Source: Promethearchaeota archaeon (GTDB lineage: Archaea; Asgardarchaeota; Lokiarchaeia; Sigyniarchaeales; SOKP01). From it: a stretch of 64,000 nucleotides of DNA. Positions 31,712 to 40,332 of this stretch are shown piece after piece. The position numbers and the translations under genes are program-made. Below the pieces are notes generated by a model that searched no databases, was not told the DNA's origin, and saw only the letters and a list, made by a program, of their open reading frames with translations. Within the stretch, counting starts at the first letter, position 1. Every line of letters begins with the position of its first letter. The stretch spans positions 32,001-96,000 of the forward strand of contig JAHPZJ010000020.1 in NCBI GenBank assembly GCA_019058245.1, in the 5' to 3' direction.

Positions 31712-31912
31712 TTATTCTTTGTTCTCTGAGATATTTGTAATAAAATCAATTATTAATTCAATAGTTCTTTTGATATTTTCTTGGTCTTTAGGTTTTAAAT
31801 CGATTTTAAGGTTTTCTAAAAATGCAATGACTTTCTCTGCTTCTTTAAGCTTTCTTAAATAATCAGATCCTTCCTTATTCAAGGAACCCCCCCATGCCAT
31901 TAACATCACCAT
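31712..31912 (-). CDS. Small hypothetical protein
   Basis: Helical 60-66 aa ORF filling a convergent gap. Confidence 0.55.
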   Translation of the reverse strand: MVMLMAWGGSLNKEGSDYLRKLKEAEKVIAFLENLKIDLKPKDQENIKRTIELIIDFITNISENKE

Positions 31913-32165
31913 TATTATTTATAAATAATTATGATAATGCATACGTATAATTCTATTTAAAACTCATAGTTATCTCTAACATTGAAAATAAAAATACTCA
32001 TCTTATGGTTTAGCAAATAATATGCATTTATATATTAGATATGTTCATTAATTAGCAAGGAACTTAGATATATAGACTTGATAAATTATTAAATAAAAGT
32101 TTAAAAACAAATTCTTCTATTTTTTAGATGAAAATTCTGGACAAGAATATAGTACCCTAATTAAA

Positions 32166-32588
32166 ATGATACAAGAGTTAATGATTATTAATCAAGCCGG
32201 TCTAGCTTTATTTTATCATAATTTCATTGATAATGAAATGATTGAAGGTGATCAATCCTTAGCAGGCTATTTTGATATGATTTGTCGATTTACAAAACAA
32301 AGTTTTAAAGAAAGTTTGAAAATCTTAGAATTAGACAGTTTTATTTTTTTCTTTTATACTCATAAATCAAATTATCATTTAGTACTTAAATGTGAGAATA
32401 AATTATTTGATAAAGAATTATTCGAATCTATTTCTGAGAAGATTATTGAGGAATTTATAAAAGAATATAAAGCAATACTACAGGATTTTAATGGTGAAAT
32501 TTCTCATTTTAAACCTTTTTCTAATCAAGTCATTAAAATCCTCAGAAGTCAATATAAAGGTTTTAGGAATGTCCTTTTTGCTGAATAA
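32166..32588 (+). CDS. Longin-like domain protein
   Basis: MIQELMIINQAGLALFY N-terminal beta hairpin and C-terminal EEF..EY..L.DFNGEI..F..F pattern typical of Asgard longin domains. Confidence 0.7.
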   Translation: MIQELMIINQAGLALFYHNFIDNEMIEGDQSLAGYFDMICRFTKQSFKESLKILELDSFIFFFYTHKSNYHLVLKCENKLFDKELFESISEKIIEEFIKEYKAILQDFNGEISHFKPFSNQVIKILRSQYKGFRNVLFAE

Positions 32589-32772
32589 TCATATTTAAAA
32601 CCTTTTGTATATACTCCTTTAAATATCACTGATAAATAAATTCAAAAAAAAAACTTTAAAAAAAATCTGGTAATAAAATTTGAGAATTTATTAACAGAAT
32701 GAAATGAAAAGCTATGTTATTTGAAAAGAAAAATTAAAAAAGAAAAGAGAATAAAAAATAACATCAGTTATC

Positions 32773-33405
32773 ATGAGGATCAAACCAACAGTCAAAATAG
32801 ACCCAGATGATGTAGTACGGTATTTATTGTATCAACAGTTCTATTATGGGGATGATCGTATTTATGGACGTACTAAAGATCGATCTGAGCATATTAAGGG
32901 GGCTGGCAAAGCAATAGAAAATTTTTATTCGTTAATTACTGAAATGATAAATTTAATCGATAAGGGAAAAATTCGCCAATATCTGGAATTTTTTAATGAA
33001 AATATTCATAACGTCCCTATTGATGCCATTTTGAATAAATATAGAGAGTATAAAGATGCAATGGGGTCGGAACTTGACCATAAAATTACTTTAAATGTGA
33101 TTATTGGTGATTGTTTAAGTGAAATTCAAACAAAAAGTTTTAACGCTACTATTACGAGTTTAATCGAATTCATTATGGAAAAGAAATCCCTAAAGCCCGA
33201 AAAAAAATTAGAAGTAAAAAAAAAGATTGAATCATTGTATGGAAAAAGCGATCCTAATATTGGAATGATTTATAGCTTAAGTTTTATGGAATTCATAAGT
33301 AAAAAGATTCATGATAAATATATCAAAGAAAAATGTGAAAAATTATTAAAAAAATATTCTAAGCAAGTTCTAAAGGCAATAGAAAAAATTAAGTTTTTAG
33401 ATTAA
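32773..33405 (+). CDS. Hypothetical protein
   Basis: 210-aa helical ORF; no recognised motif. Confidence 0.65.
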   Translation: MRIKPTVKIDPDDVVRYLLYQQFYYGDDRIYGRTKDRSEHIKGAGKAIENFYSLITEMINLIDKGKIRQYLEFFNENIHNVPIDAILNKYREYKDAMGSELDHKITLNVIIGDCLSEIQTKSFNATITSLIEFIMEKKSLKPEKKLEVKKKIESLYGKSDPNIGMIYSLSFMEFISKKIHDKYIKEKCEKLLKKYSKQVLKAIEKIKFLD

Positions 33406-33463
33406 TATTTATCAACCAATTTTAATGACTAAACTAATATTTAAGCAAAAAAAAATATTAAAA

Positions 33464-33498
33464 AAAAAGAGAAAAGAGAAGCCGGCTTTTTTCTCTTT
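33464..33498. terminator. Imperfect hairpin between convergent genes
   Basis: AAAGAGAAAAGAG...GCCGG...CTTTTTTCTCTTT inverted repeat next to long A/T runs. Confidence 0.4.
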
Positions 33499-33536
33499 AA
33501 ACCCCGTGATAAATACGTTTCTCATTAATATTTTAC

Positions 33537-33791
33537 TTAAAATCCACCTGCTTGTGTGGCCATTACTGTGATCACATCTTTTTTTGGATGGATTCCTATC
33601 TTTGCAAACTTTAATTGATCAGGCAATACTTTACCTTTAAAAATGAATTGTATTGCGAGGATTGGATTTAATTTATATTCACGTTGTACAGTTTTTTTGA
33701 TCTCTGCGATTGAATTATTAGGATCAAGCTCAATAAGTTTAATTGCTTGATCTGGAGGGACTCCGGTCAGTCTAAATCTATATTGGGTAAT
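33537..33791 (-). CDS. Ubiquitin-like protein (84 aa) ending in di-Gly plus one residue; ATT start
   Basis: (M)TQYRFRLTGVPPDQAIKLIELDPNNSIAEIKKTVQREYKLNPILAIQFIFKGKVLPDQLKFAKIGIHPKKDVITVMATQAGGF; FIFKGKVL matches ubiquitin LIFAGKQL and SIAEIK matches TIENVK. Absent from the ORF track. Confidence 0.88.
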   Translation of the reverse strand: MTQYRFRLTGVPPDQAIKLIELDPNNSIAEIKKTVQREYKLNPILAIQFIFKGKVLPDQLKFAKIGIHPKKDVITVMATQAGGF

Positions 33792-33948
33792 TTTTTATCA
33801 CACACTTTTTATTATTTATTCAATTAAATTGGTTAGATATAAATTATCAAGATGCAATATTAAGGATTTTTGTTCAACATCCCGAACTTTAGTTTAAATA
33901 TTGAGTAATTCTCTCTTTTTCAACTCTAAACAATTTTTTGAAGTTTTT

Positions 33949-34146
33949 TTAGAATCGAAATGGCTCTGGAGGGGGACCTGGTCTATCAGGTGGGCCTGGA
34001 GGGTGAATTGGTCCGGGTTTAGGTAATGGTGGAGAAGGAAACCTCCCTATTTTGTGTTCTAAACCTAAAATTCGTTGTTCTATTTTATCCAACCTTTCTT
34101 CAATAACCCTTAACCTCTTTAATATGTTGGGGTCTTCTATTGTCAT
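33949..34146 (-). CDS. Small coiled-coil + proline-rich protein
   Basis: LRVIEERLDKIEQRILGLE heptads, then PSPPLPKPGPIHPPGPPDRPGPPPEP; GTGA just upstream of the ATG. Confidence 0.75.
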   Translation of the reverse strand: MTIEDPNILKRLRVIEERLDKIEQRILGLEHKIGRFPSPPLPKPGPIHPPGPPDRPGPPPEPFRF

Positions 34147-34338
34147 TTTATCACAATAAATTTATTGATTTTTTAATAATTTCCCAATTTCTAACATTGA
34201 TTTCCTAATTTTTATAATTTTACTTATAGCTAGAACGTAAATATACTAAATTTATATATATTTGTTTTTCTGTCTTATTTTAGTCTAAGTCCAGAAAAAA
34301 AGTATAATCTTATATATTATTGAATATATAATAGAATT

Positions 34339-35451
34339 ATGGAATCGTGGAATATATCCAAAAAATTAAAGACTGAATTATTAAAAAAATCTAGTAATAT
34401 TGAAGATAATAGTAGGAGAATATTATTTATTCTTAGAAATTTAGGACCTCAAAGATTTACTAATATAGTTAAATATTCAAATTTAAGCAGATCTACTGTT
34501 TCTAAATACCTTAATCTTCATAGAAGAAACAAAAATATAGAACAAAGATTAGTAACTGATAAAGTAACAAATAAACAGTATAGAAGTTATGTTATTACAG
34601 ATAAAGGAATTGAAAAACTTGGAGAAGCTCCTTTAAAACTTAAAGACGAAATATTTTTTGTTAATGAATTAAAAGAAAATGTTAGGAAACTTGAAGATCT
34701 AATAGATTTTTATAAGGAAATAAATGTTGAAGACAAATTTATAATTCATATTGTAAGGATTATCTCCAAAATAGGAGATAATTTTTTTGAATTACACCAA
34801 GATCGAGATCTTTATTTATCTCTCTTTTACATATTTTATAACTCTATTCTTGGTCAGGGTGCCTTTGCAAAAATTTACTGGCACTTTGATAAATCTAGTT
34901 CACAAAAGTTTGAAGGCTATAAATTAAACTTAGATCAATATTGTGAAGTTTATAATGTTTCAAGAGAAGCAATTAACTATTTAGCAAGGTCTAAATTGAT
35001 AAAAAGTGATTATGGTTTTTATTTAATTAAACGTGAAATGAATGATTTCTTTTTCCATGAAGAAGATTTAATAGGGACTACAACTCTTAGGCTCATTAAA
35101 GATAAGTTAATTGACGAAATTATTAATCTTCAAGAAGGCATTTATGATATGATATATGATCTTGACATTATGGCGGAAGATATTGTTAATCAACTAAAGG
35201 AAATGGGTTTAATATGGGATGCTATTCAAGAACATTTTCAATTATTAGTATTAAATTTAATAATTAAGAATACCATAGAGATGGGATTTTTAGATATAGA
35301 ACGAGAAAAATTAATTGAAGGAGTAGCGCAATCTAAAAAATTACTGCAATCAGAAGAAGGAAGACTGATACAAACAACGATTTTAGAAAGTTCTAACGTT
35401 AATTTGAATTATAATATGCTTACATTAGTCCATATTGAGAATAGAATTTAA
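34339..35451 (+). CDS. Winged-helix (MarR/ArsR-like) protein with uncharacterised C-terminal domain
   Basis: RFTNIVKYSNLSRSTVSKYL...YVITDKG wHTH. Confidence 0.72.
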   Translation: MESWNISKKLKTELLKKSSNIEDNSRRILFILRNLGPQRFTNIVKYSNLSRSTVSKYLNLHRRNKNIEQRLVTDKVTNKQYRSYVITDKGIEKLGEAPLKLKDEIFFVNELKENVRKLEDLIDFYKEINVEDKFIIHIVRIISKIGDNFFELHQDRDLYLSLFYIFYNSILGQGAFAKIYWHFDKSSSQKFEGYKLNLDQYCEVYNVSREAINYLARSKLIKSDYGFYLIKREMNDFFFHEEDLIGTTTLRLIKDKLIDEIINLQEGIYDMIYDLDIMAEDIVNQLKEMGLIWDAIQEHFQLLVLNLIIKNTIEMGFLDIEREKLIEGVAQSKKLLQSEEGRLIQTTILESSNVNLNYNMLTLVHIENRI

Positions 35452-35546
35452 TATTATTTTCAAAAATTTTAAAACCATAGGGGTTCCTATATTGAAAAGC
35501 AAATTTTTCTTCAAACTTGGTAATATAATCCAGATCAATTTGATAC

Positions 35547-37157
35547 ATGTTCAAATATCAAGTACTTATATTCTTAGCTATTTTATTAACTGTTTCTTAT
35601 AATTCACTTAGATCACAAATTCATAATAAAGAATTTGAGATCAATAAATATCTTAAATTAAAGCTTGAGAGCGGCAGAACAAATATTTACGTGAAGGGAC
35701 ATATATTTCAACAATGTATGTACTTATTGCTCAATATTCCCGTTGATCGAATAGAAGAATATGATGAAATTGAATCTATTGATGAGGCTGCGGAATCATT
35801 AGATAGATCAATGGAAGGAGATCATCATAGGCCATTTAGAAGGATATCTCCTGAAGAGGAATTTCAAGGTCATTGTTCTAATATTCAAGCATGGGCAGAA
35901 AATGGTTATGATACAAGAATTTTGCATCGAAATCTTGCTTTTCCATTATTAAAGAGACTAAGTGAAGTTGGTGATCCTATAGCTAGAAAAGTATTTTCCG
36001 AGGAAATAGCTATTAGACTTGCCAGTAAGCATCCAACTGTTACTCAATATTTAACTCAAAATGGTTATTTAAAATATTTAAGTCCAGATGAGTTTGAGAG
36101 TATTCTCGATGATATAAATCCAAATGTTTTAAATGGACTAATTAACGAACTAAAGCGGTTATTTCAACAAAATCACCAAAGAAATATAATGATTCCAATT
36201 AATTACATAGTGAATCAACTAATTGGGAATTTTGGAATTGAACATATTTCTTTACTCACTTCTAAAATCCTAAAAAATATTCCAAGTAATTTTAGAGAAG
36301 TTTTCGTTAAAAATGTCTACTACATTTTAAGATCAAGAAATAATTTTCCATTGATTAAATATCTTAATAAACACTTTAAATATTTTGATGACTTTAAGTT
36401 TGACTATAATTTTATAAAATATGAGGACAAAATTGTAGGTATCTTTAGAAATAATGAGATATATTTAAATAACCAAAATATTCGAAAAATATCCGGATTA
36501 GATGTGATAAACGGAGAATTCGAAGATGTAAAAGAATTAGATTTAAGCAATAATCAAATAACTACTCTAGAAGGAATTGAGTTATTTCCAAATATTCGCA
36601 TACTAAAACTCAATAATAATAAACTAATTGAAATTGAAGGAGATGAGAATCTCAAAAATTTAGAAATGCTATACTTGAGAAATAATCAAATAAAAGAAAT
36701 TATAAATCTTGAGAAGTTTAGTAATCTAAATCTCATTGATTTATCTGACAATCCAACGATAATAAAAATTCCTGAAGTTCTAAATAAATTAGGAAATTTG
36801 AAGACTGTTAGATTATGGAACTGTAATATTAAGAATTTTTCTAAGTCTACAGAGAAATTCTTTTGGATGAACCAAAACTATAGATATTTCACAGGTTATA
36901 ATGAAAATGATAAAAGATTTTATGAAAGTAGATACAGAAGAGTAGCCTCATCTGATAATAAACTATATAAACATTTTGTAGAGTGGATACTAAAAATACA
37001 AAATCTAATGGATCAATATAAATTTTCTTATCAAGATATCAATCAATTTAATGAAGAAACCTCAAAAAATGCAATATGGTCGGGAAGAGTCACCAATGAT
37101 TTTAAAAAATGGTTAGACGACAAAAAGTACCAAAAGAAAATTACGTTTTTTTTCTAA
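35547..37157 (+). CDS. LRR protein with Lokiarchaeal GHCSNxQAW N-terminal domain (start uncertain)
   Basis: EEEFQGHCSNIQAWAENGYDTRILHRNLAFPLLK domain plus SDS22-type LRRs (LDLSNNQITTLEG, LYLRNNQIKEI). Confidence 0.8.
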   Translation: MFKYQVLIFLAILLTVSYNSLRSQIHNKEFEINKYLKLKLESGRTNIYVKGHIFQQCMYLLLNIPVDRIEEYDEIESIDEAAESLDRSMEGDHHRPFRRISPEEEFQGHCSNIQAWAENGYDTRILHRNLAFPLLKRLSEVGDPIARKVFSEEIAIRLASKHPTVTQYLTQNGYLKYLSPDEFESILDDINPNVLNGLINELKRLFQQNHQRNIMIPINYIVNQLIGNFGIEHISLLTSKILKNIPSNFREVFVKNVYYILRSRNNFPLIKYLNKHFKYFDDFKFDYNFIKYEDKIVGIFRNNEIYLNNQNIRKISGLDVINGEFEDVKELDLSNNQITTLEGIELFPNIRILKLNNNKLIEIEGDENLKNLEMLYLRNNQIKEIINLEKFSNLNLIDLSDNPTIIKIPEVLNKLGNLKTVRLWNCNIKNFSKSTEKFFWMNQNYRYFTGYNENDKRFYESRYRRVASSDNKLYKHFVEWILKIQNLMDQYKFSYQDINQFNEETSKNAIWSGRVTNDFKKWLDDKKYQKKITFFF

Positions 37158-37252
37158 AAAAGTAATATTATAAGTGCTTATTGACATTCTTGTCAATATA
37201 CAATGTATATTAAATCATTAAACTTTTTAAAAATATTGTTTTTACTTATATA

Positions 37253-38359
37253 ATGACAGAAGTTGATAATTATGAAATTGTAAGACAAAAACTGCAAATT
37301 GGAAGAATATTTGCTCCTAAGCATAAAAAAATATATAAATTGATGAAGATCTTCTGGAATGAAGATGAAATTAAAATTCTTACACATTTTAAGAAAATTG
37401 GTGGAAAAGTCACATTAAAAGAATTGGAAGAGAAAACTGGTATTCCAGAACAAGAAATAGAAAAAATCCTAGAAAGATCAGTGACAAATGGAACTATATT
37501 TAAGTCTAATTCTGATTATAGATTACTCCCTCTTTTACCCGGTGTATTTGAATTATATTTCATCAAACGCAAAGATACCGAAGAAAATCAAAAAAAAGCC
37601 GCAGAAATATATCGGTTTATTTTTAAAAATCGAGCACCAGATTTAGAGGATCCTAAGAGTATACGAAAAGGTTTCCGTCCTTTGCTTCCATATGACTCTG
37701 AGGAAAAACTAATAAAAGTCGATGAGTCTTTTGAGGTTGAGAATCAAGTTCTTCCATTTGAGGTTGTTAAAGATATGATTGATAAAAATGACACTTTTGG
37801 GGTAATACCTTGTCAATGTCGGTTGATTGGTGAATATACTGGCGAACCTTGTAAAGTCGCCCCTGCTGAAATGGGATGTTTTGTTGTTGGGGATTCAGCA
37901 AAACGGTGGATCTCTGAAGGTGCGGCAAGAAGCCTAACTAGAGAAGAAGCGATTGAGTTTATTAGAGAAACCGAGAAAAGAGGACTTATCCATAATGCAG
38001 TCTCGGATACTAGTAAAAGTACAGCACGGTTTATTTGTAATTGTTGTAGTTGTCATTGTGGAGTGCTTCATCCAGCAAAATTATATGGCTATAGGGGAGT
38101 TGTTGAAACTAATTTTGTTCCTGAATTTGATATGGATCTTTGCACTAAATGTGAAACATGTATGAATAAATGTCAAAGTAATGCAATATATCATCTCTGG
38201 CCCAGTAAATCGGATTCATCAGACGAGGCAATGAAAGTTAGAGAAGAATTATGCGTGGGATGTGGAGTTTGTGCTGCGAATTGTCCTAATAATGCAATTA
38301 AATTGGTTAAAGTAAAAAATGAACATCCTACTAGATTACCATTAAGTTTCTTATTTTGA
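37253..38359 (+). CDS. 4Fe-4S dicluster-binding protein with N-terminal HTH-like domain
   Basis: CQCR, ICNCCSCHC, CTKCETCMNKC and CVGCGVCAANCP. Confidence 0.88.
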   Translation: MTEVDNYEIVRQKLQIGRIFAPKHKKIYKLMKIFWNEDEIKILTHFKKIGGKVTLKELEEKTGIPEQEIEKILERSVTNGTIFKSNSDYRLLPLLPGVFELYFIKRKDTEENQKKAAEIYRFIFKNRAPDLEDPKSIRKGFRPLLPYDSEEKLIKVDESFEVENQVLPFEVVKDMIDKNDTFGVIPCQCRLIGEYTGEPCKVAPAEMGCFVVGDSAKRWISEGAARSLTREEAIEFIRETEKRGLIHNAVSDTSKSTARFICNCCSCHCGVLHPAKLYGYRGVVETNFVPEFDMDLCTKCETCMNKCQSNAIYHLWPSKSDSSDEAMKVREELCVGCGVCAANCPNNAIKLVKVKNEHPTRLPLSFLF

Positions 38360-38420
38360 ATTAAAATAAACAGAATAACTAGCTTGTTTTTTTTTTTTTA
38401 ATTTATCAAATAAGTTGAAA

Positions 38421-39374
38421 TTAAGAATAATTTAACATTTTATTAATTGGAATTAAGGCTTTTTTTGCTATATCAGAAGGAACCTTGACCTCAAAAGCTT
38501 GGTCATCAAGGTTCTTGAGGATATATTCAATAAGCTCGAGATTATGCTTTTTCATATTATAACAAATCAACTTGTCTTTAACTGAGTAAAAATTCTTGTT
38601 TTGAAAATCTTGAGTTAAGCGTACTCTGAAACCTTCCTCAGTGCCAATAAGAAACTTGTTTTCATCATTAGAACTATTTTTTACCCTATTATACATTTGT
38701 GCAGTTGACCCTACAAAATCTGCTAATTCTCTCACAGCTCTAATACATTCTGGATGAACAAGTAATTTTGTATGAGAGTATTTTTTTTTTGCTATTTCTA
38801 TATCTTCTGGTCTAATTTGTGAGTGCACATAACAATGACCTTCTTCGGGCATTTTTATACATTTTATCCCAGATTTTTGTTCTGTATAGTCAGCTAAATT
38901 TGCATCGGGACCGAATAAAACTGAGGAAACATTAAATTCTTGACTAATTTTTTCGACAATCATAATTGAATTTGATGAAGTGCAACAAATATCAGATTCA
39001 GCTTTTACAGCTGCTGTTGAATTAACATATACAACAACAGGTAGATCTGGATATTTATTTCTAAATTCCCTAACCATTTCAGGTGTGAGATAAGCCGCCA
39101 TAGGACAGCAAGATTCATAATTAGGGATTAAGATATGTTTATCTTGATTTACAATCGATGCAGTTTCAGCCATAAAATCAACCCCTGCGAATACTATATA
39201 ATTATTTGCCTTCTTTTTTGCTGTACGAGATAAACCAAGTGAATCTCCTACATAATCCGCGATTTCTTGAATTTCTATTGGTTGATAATAATGAGCTAGA
39301 ATCGTTACATCATTTTCTTTCTTTAAGCCCAAAATATCTTCTTGTAATTGTATTGTATTCATATTAATAGTCAA
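38421..39374 (-). CDS. nadA: Quinolinate synthase
   Basis: LAHYYQ, GDSLGL, FMAETA, CPMA, YVNS, CCTSSN, CYVH, HPEC, GST, C.NMK. Confidence 0.95.
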   Translation of the reverse strand: MTINMNTIQLQEDILGLKKENDVTILAHYYQPIEIQEIADYVGDSLGLSRTAKKKANNYIVFAGVDFMAETASIVNQDKHILIPNYESCCPMAAYLTPEMVREFRNKYPDLPVVVYVNSTAAVKAESDICCTSSNSIMIVEKISQEFNVSSVLFGPDANLADYTEQKSGIKCIKMPEEGHCYVHSQIRPEDIEIAKKKYSHTKLLVHPECIRAVRELADFVGSTAQMYNRVKNSSNDENKFLIGTEEGFRVRLTQDFQNKNFYSVKDKLICYNMKKHNLELIEYILKNLDDQAFEVKVPSDIAKKALIPINKMLNYS

Positions 39375-39465
39375 AAAAATAATTACATGTAATATGAATA
39401 AAAGTTCAAATTAAAATAAGTTATTTTGTAATAAAAAAAAAAATAGAAAAAAAAAATTAATAAAG

Positions 39466-40332
39466 TTATATATTAAAGATTTCTCTAAATTTGTTCTGAT
39501 CAACAATATTTGCCGCTAAGATATTAGCCATGGCGCTAATACCTGCTTGATGTCCTTGTTTGTTAAAACCAGCACAGAAATCACCACAGACATAAACATT
39601 TTTAAATTTATGGATAACCATAAGCTCAAATGTTAAAAGAAAAACTTTTACATTGGTAATTACTCCAAAAACTCCAATTTTCACTTCTTTATGGGAACTC
39701 CCTGCATTTTTAATAACGGTCTCCAGTACATGTTCGAGATCTGTCTCATCGAAGGAACTAAGACTGTTTGAATTTAATATAACGTTAAATTCATGATGTT
39801 TTTGTATTAATTCATCCAAGGGGGATATAAATTTCGCTCCATAAGTACCTTTAATACAATGAGGTCCAAAAAGATCCATTTCACCCTTTTGTGATTCATC
39901 TGTTTGGTCATGCCAATCCCTTAGATGTATGCATTGATATTCAACTCCGCTCATCTCATTTAAATTGGATTCAGATGCTTTTATCATTAAATCTCGTATA
40001 AATTGGGTTAGTTTATCTCCTTCCCATACTCTTCTAATCTCATCATAATCAACATGAACTCTATGCCTATAATGCTCTAGGATATGATGATAAGATAAAG
40101 CTCCTCCAATCAATTCACTACTGGCATTATTCTTCAACCATGATATAAATTGATCGATATTTGCATCACTTACATTCCTATTCTGATTTAAAAAATACTC
40201 CATCCATCTATTTGATACTTGATCATACCCTAATTTTAGCGTATCTTCTGATGTGGGGTGTATATTTAACGGTTCAATAAAGTCATTCTGAACCGAACAA
40301 GTTATGATAATATTTAATTTTTTATTTTCCAA
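39466..40332 (-). CDS. Isochorismatase/nicotinamidase-fold protein with altered catalytic triad
   Basis: SVQNDF, RDWHD and FGPHCIKGTYGA retained; GVITNVKV replaces GLATDYC; overlaps the upstream WD40 gene by 11 nt. Confidence 0.75.
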   Translation of the reverse strand: MENKKLNIIITCSVQNDFIEPLNIHPTSEDTLKLGYDQVSNRWMEYFLNQNRNVSDANIDQFISWLKNNASSELIGGALSYHHILEHYRHRVHVDYDEIRRVWEGDKLTQFIRDLMIKASESNLNEMSGVEYQCIHLRDWHDQTDESQKGEMDLFGPHCIKGTYGAKFISPLDELIQKHHEFNVILNSNSLSSFDETDLEHVLETVIKNAGSSHKEVKIGVFGVITNVKVFLLTFELMVIHKFKNVYVCGDFCAGFNKQGHQAGISAMANILAANIVDQNKFREIFNI

